64,000 bases of DNA. Source: an uncultured delta proteobacterium. Its GTDB lineage: Bacteria > Desulfobacterota > Binatia > UBA9968. Location: contig CAVUVW010000021.1 in NCBI GenBank assembly GCA_963745035.1, positions 192,001-256,000 on the forward strand, given 5' to 3'. Of this stretch, positions 29,342 through 38,866 are shown one piece after another. The notes below the pieces were generated by a model, which was given only the letters and a program-made list of their open reading frames with translations, had not been told where the DNA came from and did no database searches. Within the stretch, counting starts at the first letter, position 1; each line of letters opens with the position of its first letter. The translations under genes and the position numbers were made by a program.

Positions 29342-31985
29342 GAATGCCATCCGAGTTCTGGAAGGTGTGAAGGACTGCGGCAAGAGCGCTCCCGCAGCCA
29401 CGCAAACTGTGGATCGTCAGAAAAAGGCTCAGCAGGGCCAAGATAGCGGAAGCCACCCACGCGTTATCCAACGCTGCCGCAGCCGAAAGCGAAATTAATA
29501 AGATGGGAAGCAGGAGTTCTAACGGCGAACACTTAGGCCAGAGCCGAAGGCGCACAAATTGGTTACCAGCACCATGATCCTCCACTGCCATGAGCAAGCG
29601 CGCGAAGCCGAGCAGCCCCGCGCGTACTTCCAAGTCCCAGCGATCGTAATCTCCTCCCCGCCGAACGTAGACGCCCGCCTTGCGCAAATCCGCTTCGAAA
29701 GCTTTCAATCTTTCATTGGGATCGCGCCAATGTTCGGTCCAAACCGCGAATTTCCGCGGCCAGGGCATCACAAAGCCGGACCCCTTGTATCTCCAGAAAG
29801 TGAGTCCGGAACGCAAGCGTCCGCTAAGGCGCGCAAGAGGTTGGAGTAAATGAAGCAAGGCTGTCACGGTGCGCAGTTTAACCCATTCAAGAGGGGACCT
29901 TCGCGAGGTTGAAAAGCAGACTCGTGCGGAGCTAATCACGGCTTGGAAAATGGGTGCGTAAAGTACGAACCCTAGGAACGGCAGAGCATAGAACAAAGGA
30001 AACCAAAGGAAGCCGAGCGCAACAATCGGCAGAAGCGCGGCGACAGCCAGGTACCATTCCGGCATGGACAACCAAGATTCTAAGGCCCCGGCGGGTGATT
30101 GGTAAATGGATTGGAAGGGCGCGCTGCCCCACACGCCATGATAAATCCGTCCTTGGCTCCATGCCTTATATTGGTGGCCATTCCCGTAGACTCGGCCCGC
30201 CCAAGTGACATGGCCGGCGAGATTATATTTCTCCGGCCATTTTTTCTCAAGGAAAGATTCCGCTTTGCCGTAATTATGCTGCTGCTTCCAATAGGCTCGA
30301 ATCGAATTCCGGCGGTGGTGCCAAACCATTGCGCCAGGGCTATATCCTAGAGTCCATCCTTTTTGCTGAAGGCGCCAGCAAACATCCACATCGTCTCCGG
30401 CGATGCGAAATTGCGGATCGAATCCGCCGATGGCTTCCAGTGCGGTTTTGCGAAAGGCCATATTGCAGCCGGGAATATGTTCAGCCTCCGTATCTGAGAG
30501 CAATATGTGAACCGGGTTTCCCGGGGAATGGGCGACGCATTCTGCAATAGGTCCATCGTCAGCGGGTGCGATATTCGGCCCGCCGACCCCAACATGCGTC
30601 GTAGTCATGAATGCGCTGGCAAGATATCTCAACCAATGCGAGTCGGGGTACGCATCATCGTCAATATACGCGACGATTTCTCCTGTGGCTGCGTTCAATC
30701 CTGTATTGCGAGCGGAGGAGAGTCCCCGATTTTCAGTGGTTATCACACGAAAACCGTAGCTAGAGGCGATCTTTGCCGTGTTGTCGGTAGAACCGTCGTT
30801 CACCACGATCACCTCGTAGTTAGGATAGTCCAGCCTCAACAAACTCTCGAGACATGCCGAAAGAGTGTGGCCGCCATTGAAGGTACATACGACGACTGAA
30901 ATTTTGGGCCACGACAATTCTTTTGAGACAGGAACTTTCGTGAACGCTTCTCGAACTACTTTGAGAGCAGGTTTGGGACGACGCTCACGCGTGGTAATGC
31001 CAAATGCCCAGTCTTCGACCTCGGCCCCCGCTCGATGCCACTCATCAGTCCAAGAAAAAATGAAAGCTCCCGCGCAACCTGCGTCGAACGTAGCCCGCAG
31101 TTGCCAATCTAGCGCCTGCGCCTGGGTTGCTTCTCCGTTGCGCAGACTATCGAGGCCGATCTCACTCATAAGCAAAGGTCGGTCTCCCGCAATATTGTGA
31201 AGTCTCCCCAAATAGGACTCGAGACGCTCTTCGGATTCTAGATAAACATTGAAAGTGACGAGATCCAGGAAAGGAAGATGAAGATATTCGGTGGTGGGAT
31301 AATTTACGTAAGTGACGAGGCCGTCCGGGTCTTCTGCTTTCACCGCCCTATACAGGCGCTCGAGATAACTCTCAACTCGCCCGCGACCCAGCCACCGCAC
31401 AACCGGTGCTGCGATCTCATTTCCCAGGGCATAACAAAGAAGTGCGGGGTGTCCAGCGCAAGAACGCACTTTTGAGCATATCAATTCTTCAACGTCAGGA
31501 GCACCTTTTCTGTCAATCAAAAAGCCCGCATACTGTTCTGCGGATAGCCCGACCATGACACGGAGGCCATGTTTTTGAGCGATGTCGAGAAGCTCCCGCG
31601 GCGGCATCGTATGTGGAATGCGGACGGCATTGAGTCCGTTCGCGGCCATCAGAGAAAAGTCTCTCTCCAGGACCATTGGGTCATGATACTCTTGACCGTC
31701 TGGACCTGGTCTGAATGCTCCATAGGTAACGCCACGGACCCAAAATTTATCGTTGCCAACAAACAAAAACTTACCACCCACGCGTGGTCGTTCAATTTTC
31801 CCATCGGTGAACTCGGCGAGCTGAACTCCATTGCGCAGTGGCCGATAGGGGACGCGAAATCCTTCCTTTAAAGAAAAGGTTTCATCGTCTAGAAAGAAAG
31901 ATCTTCTATCTGGCGAAACGCTTTCCTCCAGTTTGATCGACGGCACATGACGTGGCTCGACGAATGAGGCCAGCGGTTTATTCAC
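29316..31985 (-). CDS. GH-A clan (GH2/GH5-like) TIM barrel fused to GT2 glycosyltransferase with C-terminal TM segments
   Basis: RGVTYG, ALGNEI (acid/base), LLMSEIG (nucleophile); GT2 ISVVVCTFN, VNDGSTD, YIDDDA, GDDVDVCWR; GTG at 31985 preceded by AAGGAG. Confidence 0.85.
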   Translation of the reverse strand: MNKPLASFVEPRHVPSIKLEESVSPDRRSFFLDDETFSLKEGFRVPYRPLRNGVQLAEFTDGKIERPRVGGKFLFVGNDKFWVRGVTYGAFRPGPDGQEYHDPMVLERDFSLMAANGLNAVRIPHTMPPRELLDIAQKHGLRVMVGLSAEQYAGFLIDRKGAPDVEELICSKVRSCAGHPALLCYALGNEIAAPVVRWLGRGRVESYLERLYRAVKAEDPDGLVTYVNYPTTEYLHLPFLDLVTFNVYLESEERLESYLGRLHNIAGDRPLLMSEIGLDSLRNGEATQAQALDWQLRATFDAGCAGAFIFSWTDEWHRAGAEVEDWAFGITTRERRPKPALKVVREAFTKVPVSKELSWPKISVVVCTFNGGHTLSACLESLLRLDYPNYEVIVVNDGSTDNTAKIASSYGFRVITTENRGLSSARNTGLNAATGEIVAYIDDDAYPDSHWLRYLASAFMTTTHVGVGGPNIAPADDGPIAECVAHSPGNPVHILLSDTEAEHIPGCNMAFRKTALEAIGGFDPQFRIAGDDVDVCWRLQQKGWTLGYSPGAMVWHHRRNSIRAYWKQQHNYGKAESFLEKKWPEKYNLAGHVTWAGRVYGNGHQYKAWSQGRIYHGVWGSAPFQSIYQSPAGALESWLSMPEWYLAVAALLPIVALGFLWFPLFYALPFLGFVLYAPIFQAVISSARVCFSTSRRSPLEWVKLRTVTALLHLLQPLARLSGRLRSGLTFWRYKGSGFVMPWPRKFAVWTEHWRDPNERLKAFEADLRKAGVYVRRGGDYDRWDLEVRAGLLGFARLLMAVEDHGAGNQFVRLRLWPKCSPLELLLPILLISLSAAAALDNAWVASAILALLSLFLTIHSLRGCGSALAAVLHTFQNSDGIHDKQKEIQ

Positions 31986-32087
31986 GAAGTATCGCTCCTT
32001 GTTCGAAAATAGATGCTCGGACTGAGTGCTCACGGCACGGATCGGTGAAGGAGAAAAACCTTCTTCTTGTCCGCTCTTCCGTGATAG

Positions 32088-32103
32088 CGCAACATCGATG
32101 CCA
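32088..32103 (-). promoter_or_regulatory. sigma54 -24/-12 promoter of glycan operon
   Basis: Minus strand TGGCAT-CGATG-TTGCG, about 100 bp upstream of the GTG at 31985. Confidence 0.65.
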
Positions 32104-32379
32104 CGCGATGCCAAAACCGAAAATTAGACGATTTTATAAATAATTTGGCGCGCCGCATATTAGATTGGCGCAATGAGGTTGCATGCTTTCCCCTGCAATC
32201 CATGATAAAGTCCGCTCAGTTTTGCCCGACAAATTTTTGATCGGGAAAACCTTCGTTGAATCGGCCATTTCTGGCGCAGCGCATATTCTATGTGCCGTCG
32301 ACGCAGCAACTCATCGGCGGTTAGAACTTATTTTTGCTTGTGCTAGACTTGGTCAACCCTTCCCACACGACTGAAGACG

Positions 32380-33180
32380 ATGTATCCGATCCTGTTTCAG
32401 CTCGGTCCGATCACGATCTACAGCTTCGGCGCGTTCATGGCGCTGGCGGCGTTGGCGGCGGCGTGGGCGGTCCACGCCGAGCTCAAGCGGCGCGGCGCCG
32501 ATCCCGAGTTGGCGTCGTCGTTCGTGTTCGCCGCGGCGCTCGGCGGGCTGCTCGGCGCGCGGCTGCTATTCATCGTCGGAGAGTGGAACAACTTTCTGGC
32601 AGCGCCGATGAACTACATCCTCACCGGCGCGGGCTTTACCTGGTACGGCGGGCTGCTCGGCGGCACACTGGCGGTTTCCTGGGTGGCGCGGCGCAACAAG
32701 ATTCCCTGGCTCGTGGCCGCCGACATCGCGGCGCCCGCGCTGGCCATCGGCTACGGCGTCGGCCGCATCGGCTGCCATGTCGCCGGCGACGGCGATTGGG
32801 GGACGGTCACCGACGTGCCCTGGGGCGTTGCGTACACCAACGCGATCATCGGCTGGGTCGACCCGATGACCGGCATTCCGTATCCTCCCGGCACCCGCGT
32901 TCATCCGACGCCGATCTATGAGTTTCTCGAATCGCTGATCATCTTCGCGGTTCTCTGGTCGCTGCGCGGCAAGGGCTACGCGGCCGGAACCATCGCCTGG
33001 CTTTACATGATCCTCGCCGGTCTGGCGCGTTTTCTCGTGGAGTTCTGGCGCATCAATCCGCCGCTCGCGCTCGGCTTGAGCGAGGCGCAGTGGTTCAGTT
33101 TGGCGTTGACGGCGCTCGGCTTGGCGATGTTGCTGCGCCGGCCGGCACGCGCCGTGAGCGCGCGCACGGCGCCGGGTTAG
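32380..33180 (+). CDS. lgt: prolipoprotein diacylglyceryl transferase
   Basis: MYPILF, GLLGARL, WYGGLLGG, GRIGC, HPTPIYE, RFLVEFWR. Confidence 0.93.
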   Translation: MYPILFQLGPITIYSFGAFMALAALAAAWAVHAELKRRGADPELASSFVFAAALGGLLGARLLFIVGEWNNFLAAPMNYILTGAGFTWYGGLLGGTLAVSWVARRNKIPWLVAADIAAPALAIGYGVGRIGCHVAGDGDWGTVTDVPWGVAYTNAIIGWVDPMTGIPYPPGTRVHPTPIYEFLESLIIFAVLWSLRGKGYAAGTIAWLYMILAGLARFLVEFWRINPPLALGLSEAQWFSLALTALGLAMLLRRPARAVSARTAPG

Positions 33181-34338
33181 CGCCCGGGTAGATCACGCGC
33201 CCGCGATTTTTTCCCATCGAGCAGGCGAATCACCGCCAGGATAAAGACGCCGGTGAGCGCGAGGTTCAGCGCCAGGCTGAGCGCGCTGATGGTCATGCTT
33301 TGCTGCACCGCCGGCATGCCGAGCAGATTCTGCTGGCGAAAGATCTCCAGCGACACGAGCAGCACGCCGATGCCGACCTCGCCGCGGGGAAACATGCCGA
33401 CACTGAGCGCCAGCCGCTCGCGCGCCGTCGCTTCATCGGAGTAAGCGAGCAGCGGCACGCACTTGCCGATGTTGCTCACGACGGTGATCATAACAACATG
33501 CGCGAGCGACGACGGCGACGCTCATTTCTCCGAGCGCGATCGGCGGCAGCGCCATGCCCGCGAGCAACATGAACCCGCCCTTGATGCTCCAGTCGAGGAT
33601 GGTTTGCCCGTCAAGCTGTCGACTCACGGCAGCGCGGGGCGCAGCCGCATACTCCGCCGAGCCGTGCAGATGATCGGATTTGATCACGCAGCCGAGCGCA
33701 AATGCCGGCACCAAAACTTCCAGGTGCAGGTCGGTGGCGCGGTCGAAGGCGTAGGTTGCCAGCCAGACGAAGAGCGCGTAGAGCGCGATCCAGCCGTTGC
33801 TCGTCGGCGCCGCCAGCCAGTGGATGTAAAAATAGGCCGCCGCGAGGAACGCGAACACGGCGACGATCAGAATCAGCAGCTTGGGCTCGAACCCGATGAG
33901 CATCATCTTCAGCGGGATCATCAGCAGCACGGTGTCGAGATCGTCGAAGATCGCCAGCACTCGGGCCTTTTTGTAGAGCCATGACGCCGCCAGTCCCGCG
34001 GCGGCGAGCATGGTAAAAAGAATTCCCGCCGACGTCGGTGAGGCGAAACGGCCGACCAGCAGCGACTCTTTGAAGCCGAGACCGAACCACCACCAGAAAT
34101 AAAGCGCGGCGCAGAGCCACGGCACCGCCGCCGCGGCCATGGCGATGCCGTAGTCAACGCCGTAGGAGCCCAGCCGCGACTTGTCGATGTCGAACTCCAT
34201 GCCCACTTCGATCATGATGTAGGCGAGAAAAATCATCGTGAGCGCCGAGATCGCGGTGCTCAGCTCCTGGAAGAAAGCCAACTGGGACAATCCCATGCCG
34301 GCGACCAGCAGCAAACTGTAGAGCATTACTCTGCGCAT
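33177..34338 (-). CDS. cation:proton antiporter (CPA-like), frameshifted near 33495
   Basis: VGMEFDID, PTSAGILF, LAIFDDLD, then SNIGK...GMFPRGEVG in the second frame. Confidence 0.82.
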
Positions 34339-34482
34339 GACGCAGCTCCTGGAGCCGAAAACCGACCGCGCGACGACGCGGCGGCTTATCGGCTTCGTAA
34401 GAGTCTCCGAGCGCGCGCCGGGCCGAAGGCCCGGAGTTACGCAGGCGGATGACTCAAGGTAGCAAATTCGATGGAAGGAGTA

Positions 34483-34818
34483 TTAGAGCGCCGCGAAGAA
34501 AGGCGGCGAGCGGCTGATGTCGCCGGCGAGCACCGGCCAGCGGCGAAGATTCTGCTTGAAATCGAATAGGAGAAACGACGCATGCACGAACGGCGCGACA
34601 TCCGCGAGGACACCGAGAAAAACCAGGGCGGGCTGTTCGTAGCTATCTGTCTCGACGATCCGCCCAGACTTGCTGGCGACCATCGACACCGCGTCGAAGG
34701 CGGGACCCGAAGACGAATTCTCCACGGAACTCGTGAACGTCAGTGTCAAAACGCCGAGCGCGACCGCCCAAACAAACCCGCGCACGGAGTGTATTTTCCG
34801 ATCGGTGAACACGAGCAT
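34483..34818 (-). CDS. putative leader/arrest peptide: N-terminal hydrophobic segment, C-terminal RSPP
   Basis: FVWAVALGVLTLTF near the N-terminus; ends ...GDISRSPPFFAAL*; same strand, upstream of the antiporter. Confidence 0.5.
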   Translation of the reverse strand: MLVFTDRKIHSVRGFVWAVALGVLTLTFTSSVENSSSGPAFDAVSMVASKSGRIVETDSYEQPALVFLGVLADVAPFVHASFLLFDFKQNLRRWPVLAGDISRSPPFFAAL

Positions 34819-35100
34819 TCAGAGCTAACGCAGTTTCGGGCGGAAAGCAATTTAGCTGAGACCAGACATGCACCAGGCCGATCACACGGCCGAGTTCTGG
34901 AACGAAGCGTACAAAATCCTGCCGGACTACGAGGAGCGGAAAGAATGGCTAAGAAAGAACGGGGCGGGGCTGGACGTTTGATTACGTCAAATTCCACCAG
35001 AGCGCCCGGAAGGCGGTCGAATGCCGCCTTCCAGGCGTTCTCTCCTCTGAGATCGATAGCGGACTGCTGAACTGGAACGCAACACTCGGAAATTTTTTCG

Positions 35101-35535
35101 TTATCGCGGCGACTGCTTGTCGGCTGGAGCGGACCGGTCGCCGGTTCCGCCGCGGTCGGCGGGACTCTTGGCGTAGCGAAAGCCTAGCCGGTTGGCGGTA
35201 AGTTCATCGATTGTTCCAGTTGTCGGAATGCCTTCATCCTGCTGAAATTTTCTTATGGCGGAGCGCGTCGTGTCATCGGCGGTTCCATCGAGGTTTCCCG
35301 GCTTATATCCTTTTTCTTCCAAGCGCTGTTGAATCAATCTCATATCGTTTTGGGACAATTCCTGAGTGCCGGCGCGTGAGCCAGGAACGCTCTCGGCTGC
35401 GCCGGATCTTGGCTGTTCCGGATTTGACGGACGAGCTCCTCCCGGCGTTCCTTGCGCCCACGAGGGCAACGCTGACAGCCCGAGGCTTCCAGCGATCATG
35501 ACGGCTGGTAATAATAATATTTTTTTTCCGCGCAT
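35101..35535 (-). CDS. exported peptidoglycan-binding domain (PG_binding_1) protein
   Basis: Signal peptide; IQQRLEEKGYKPGNLDG...TRSAIRKFQQDEGIPTTGTID. Confidence 0.88.
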   Translation of the reverse strand: MRGKKILLLPAVMIAGSLGLSALPSWAQGTPGGARPSNPEQPRSGAAESVPGSRAGTQELSQNDMRLIQQRLEEKGYKPGNLDGTADDTTRSAIRKFQQDEGIPTTGTIDELTANRLGFRYAKSPADRGGTGDRSAPADKQSPR

Positions 35536-35583
35536 GTGTTTCCTTTCTTTGGTTTTTGGAGAGTTGCGTCCGCTTTACTGAGG

Positions 35584-35599
35584 CGCAATGGTCATGCCA
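35584..35599 (-). promoter_or_regulatory. sigma54 -24/-12 promoter
   Basis: Minus strand TGGCAT-GACCA-TTGCG, 49 bp upstream of the PG-binding gene start. Confidence 0.65.
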
Positions 35600-35756
35600 C
35601 CAACCACGCTCAGAAAAACGTCCATGAAATCAGTCTGCTCGGCAGTCGTACCGGCTTGAGAGGAGATAGCGAATATTCATTGGCCGCTATTCCCTTCAGG
35701 AAGGTGAACCGGAATCACTGCACGTCGCGTTTTCTGCCGTCTTGGCAGGAAGAGAA

Positions 35757-36242
35757 TTATCGCTTGCGCGTCAGCAGGTCGATGGGATTCGCGACGCGGG
35801 CGCGGTGTTTGTACATGCGCACGGAGGCATCGCGGATGAAGGTCATCGGGAGGTCTTCCGTCTGCAGTTCTCCGTTTCTGGTTGAATACTCGATCGTCAG
35901 CGCCGGAATATCGGAACCGAAAGAGTCGCTATTTTCGAGGCGTCGCAGGTGGACGTGTTTGCTGTCCATGTATTCCCCGATCGCGCGCAGCATTTCCGCC
36001 AGGCTGTCGAATCTCACTTCGGGTGCGGACCGGCCGCGGCGCGCCTGGCCTTCGCGGTCGAGAACTTCGATTCCTTGAGGCGAGAAGGTCAGTTCGATCA
36101 GGGCGGTGTATGGCGGATGCGGGTCTCCGGCCGTCAGGCGAAAATCACCGGCGTAGGTTTTGAGCTCGAAGGCTTCAATCTCGAGATTCTGCAGAGCTTG
36201 GCCGATACAGCGAAGCGCCCGGGCATAGTTCGGAAAATTCAT
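35757..36242 (-). CDS. hypothetical protein
   Basis: Clean 161-aa ORF with internal duplication (YARALRCIGQAL / LAEMLRAIGEYM). Confidence 0.7.
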   Translation of the reverse strand: MNFPNYARALRCIGQALQNLEIEAFELKTYAGDFRLTAGDPHPPYTALIELTFSPQGIEVLDREGQARRGRSAPEVRFDSLAEMLRAIGEYMDSKHVHLRRLENSDSFGSDIPALTIEYSTRNGELQTEDLPMTFIRDASVRMYKHRARVANPIDLLTRKR

Positions 36243-36475
36243 ACGACCCTTTCAAAAGCAACTTCAAAGGGTGCGCCCGTCGAGCAGACATCGTTCAGAA
36301 TACCCGGCGGACACGGCCGTCTCAAGTATGCAAGGCTCAAAAACTGCGCGCTGGGCAAATTTTATGTTTTTAACTTTGCCTTTGTATTCGATCCCTGACC
36401 ACACTTTGGCCCGGTAGATCGTTTCACGGCGCGGACAGGCGACAAATGCGCGGCTATGGGGTAAATAAAAGGGTT

Positions 36476-37030
36476 ATGGAAAAAACCGAATCACAGAAAC
36501 CGCGCGTCGGCCGGGCCGATTTGTTTCTGGCGTTTTCCCGGATCAGTCTGTCGAGCTTTGGCGGCGCGATTTTCTGGGCGCGGCGCGAATTGGTCGAGCG
36601 ACGGCGCTGGCTCGGCGATCGCGAGTTTGTCGACGTGTTCACCTTGGGGCAACTCCTGCCCGGACCAAACGTGCTGAACCTCACGGTGATCGTCGGACAT
36701 CGCTTCTGCGGGTGGACCGGCGCCGCCGCGGCGGTTGCCGGTTTTTTGGGGTGGCCGTGCCTCGTGGTGGTCGGCATGGGGATGCTGTACCAGCAGTACG
36801 GCGCTCTGCCGCACGTGCAGCAGGCGCTCGCGGGCATGTCGAGCGTGGCGGCCGGGCTGTTGCTCGCCACCGTGATCAAGTTGGCGATGGTGCTGCCGCG
36901 GCGCTGGTGGCTTTGGTTGTTCGGCGCGCTGGCGTTTATCGGCGTAGGCGTTTTGCGCTGGCCGCTATTCTGGGTCATGGGCGCTCTCGCGCCTTGGGCT
37001 GTCTTCGCGGCCTGGAAAGAACAAGAGTGA
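36476..37030 (+). CDS. short-chain chromate transporter (CHR), N-half
   Basis: ISLSSFGG, ELVERRRWL, GQLLPGPN. Confidence 0.9.
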   Translation: MEKTESQKPRVGRADLFLAFSRISLSSFGGAIFWARRELVERRRWLGDREFVDVFTLGQLLPGPNVLNLTVIVGHRFCGWTGAAAAVAGFLGWPCLVVVGMGMLYQQYGALPHVQQALAGMSSVAAGLLLATVIKLAMVLPRRWWLWLFGALAFIGVGVLRWPLFWVMGALAPWAVFAAWKEQE

Positions 37031-37557
37031 TGGAACGTCTCGATCTCGGCGGGCTGTTCCTGCATTTTTTGATGCTGTGGTTTTTGGCCATCGGCGGTCC
37101 CTCGACGATATTTCCCGACATTCACCGCTACGTCGTGGAGGTGCACCAGCTATTGACGAGCGCGGAATTTGCCGAGCTTTACACGTTGGCGCAGGTGGCG
37201 CCCGGCCCGAATGCCATGTACGTTACCTTGATCGGATGGCACCTGGCGGGATGGCGAGGCGTGGCCGCAACGACGATCCCGTTGCTGGTGCCCGCGACCA
37301 CGTTAACACTGCTCGTCGGCCATCTGAATGAACGGTATCCCGACGCGCGGATCGCCCGCGCGATCCGCCGCGGCCTGATGCCGATCACGATCGGTCTCGT
37401 GTTCGCCAGCGCGACGATCCTGATGCGTACGGTGAACCATGACTGGCGCGGTTACGTGATCACGTTCGCGACCGTCGCGGTGGTGTTGCGCAAAACCTGG
37501 AACCCGCTGTGGCTGTTTGCCGCCGCCGCCCTGGCGGGAGTCGCGGGGCTCGTCTGA
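37030..37557 (+). CDS. short-chain chromate transporter (CHR), C-half
   Basis: AIGG, LAQVAPGPN; TGATG-coupled to the upstream half. Confidence 0.9.
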   Translation: MERLDLGGLFLHFLMLWFLAIGGPSTIFPDIHRYVVEVHQLLTSAEFAELYTLAQVAPGPNAMYVTLIGWHLAGWRGVAATTIPLLVPATTLTLLVGHLNERYPDARIARAIRRGLMPITIGLVFASATILMRTVNHDWRGYVITFATVAVVLRKTWNPLWLFAAAALAGVAGLV

Positions 37558-37570
37558 AGGGCAACATGGC

Positions 37571-37621
37571 GTTCAATCGCTTTGCTCGGTTCAAAGCGTT
37601 CAAGCCGTTCAAGTCGTTCGA
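37571..37621 (+). repeat. 9-bp-period GTTCRA tandem repeat
   Basis: GTTCAA at 37571, 37589, 37598, 37607 and GTTCGA at 37616; same family as 5320-5488. Confidence 0.75.
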
Positions 37622-37700
37622 ACGGCGCCGGTAAGCTATGGGCGGGTTTGCTTCCACAATTTTCTTTTATCCGGGACAACGCGATTTTAGGAGAACCATC

Positions 37701-38840
37701 ATGAAGAATAGCTCCATTCGAAGTTCCGAAATGCCGGCTTCATTCCTACGGCAGAGGAGCGCGCAGAGCAGGAAGTCTCGCGGCCAAAAAATTTCGCTGA
37801 TGCTACTGCTGATGGTGCTCGTGACGCGCTTCGCCGGTTGGCCAGCCCCGGCTCTAGCGCAAGCGCCGTTCTATGAGGGAAAGACCATCAAAATCATCGT
37901 CGCTGCCACGCCGGGCGGCACCGGGGATTTTCGCGTGCGCGCGCTGGTGCCGTACCTGCGCAAGTACATTCCGGGAAATCCGACGATCATCCTCGAATTC
38001 ATGGACGGCAGCGGCGGGCGCAAAGCCGCCAACTACATGTACTCGAACGCGCGCCCGGACGGTCTGACGATCGGTTCACTGAGTGGTGGCGTGATCGCGC
38101 TGAGCATCCTCAAAGAAATCGGCGTCATGTACGACGCCGACAAGTTCACCTATCTGGGCTCTGCGGAGAGCGTAAGTCATCAAGTGATTTATACACGGCG
38201 AGAGCTCGGCCTGGATAGTTTGGACAAGCTGCGCGCCGCGGCCGGCATTCGGATCGGCTCGCAGTCGGTGGGACACGTCGCTTATGTCGCTTCCCGACTG
38301 TTCGCTTATTTCCTGAACATGAAGGACCCCAAGTTCGTCGCCGGCTACACCGCTCCGGAAGTGGACGCCGCGCTCTTGCGCGGCGAGCTGGACGGGCGCT
38401 CGAACAATCCCACTTCGGTCTTGCGGCGCAACCCCGACTGGCTCGACAAAGGCGTGATGAATTTCCATTCGATTATGGAGGCGCCGAAGGGCGCCACACA
38501 TCCGCGCTTTGCCCATCTGCCCGAGATCGAGACTTTCGCGAAATCGGAGAAGGAAGTGAAGCTGCTGTCGATGTGGCGGGCCTTCCGGCTACTCGGCTCG
38601 CCATACGTTTTGCCGCCGGGCACGCCGAAGGACCGCATCAAAATCCTTCAGGAAGGCATCGGCAAGGCGTTCAAAGATCGCGAGTTTTACAAGGAGTACG
38701 AGAAGATCGTCGGGGACGACGCCGACCCGATCTTCCCCGAGGCGATGGCGAAAGTCGTCAAGGAGACGCCCCGCGACCTCGAAGTGATCGACATGCTCAA
38801 AAAGCTTTCCGGGGCCGGGCCGATGCCGCCGCGCTCATAA
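37701..38840 (+). CDS. Bug/TctC-family tripartite tricarboxylate transporter substrate-binding protein
   Basis: AQAPFYEGKTIKIIV, PGGTGD, KYIPGNPTII, PDGLTIG, PPGTPKDR. Confidence 0.85.
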   Translation: MKNSSIRSSEMPASFLRQRSAQSRKSRGQKISLMLLLMVLVTRFAGWPAPALAQAPFYEGKTIKIIVAATPGGTGDFRVRALVPYLRKYIPGNPTIILEFMDGSGGRKAANYMYSNARPDGLTIGSLSGGVIALSILKEIGVMYDADKFTYLGSAESVSHQVIYTRRELGLDSLDKLRAAAGIRIGSQSVGHVAYVASRLFAYFLNMKDPKFVAGYTAPEVDAALLRGELDGRSNNPTSVLRRNPDWLDKGVMNFHSIMEAPKGATHPRFAHLPEIETFAKSEKEVKLLSMWRAFRLLGSPYVLPPGTPKDRIKILQEGIGKAFKDREFYKEYEKIVGDDADPIFPEAMAKVVKETPRDLEVIDMLKKLSGAGPMPPRS

Positions 38841-38866
38841 GCGGGTTCCACCTTCGAGGCGGGCGC

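Noticed and set aside
31986-32114. N-terminal 43-aa extension of the GH-GT2 ORF given in the ORF track
   Set aside because: It overlaps the sigma54 promoter; GTG at 31985 has a good AAGGAG RBS
32310-32330. GGCGGTTAG as an ops element for the RfaH-like protein
   Set aside because: Imperfect match, on the wrong strand for the glycan operon, and upstream of its predicted sigma54 promoter
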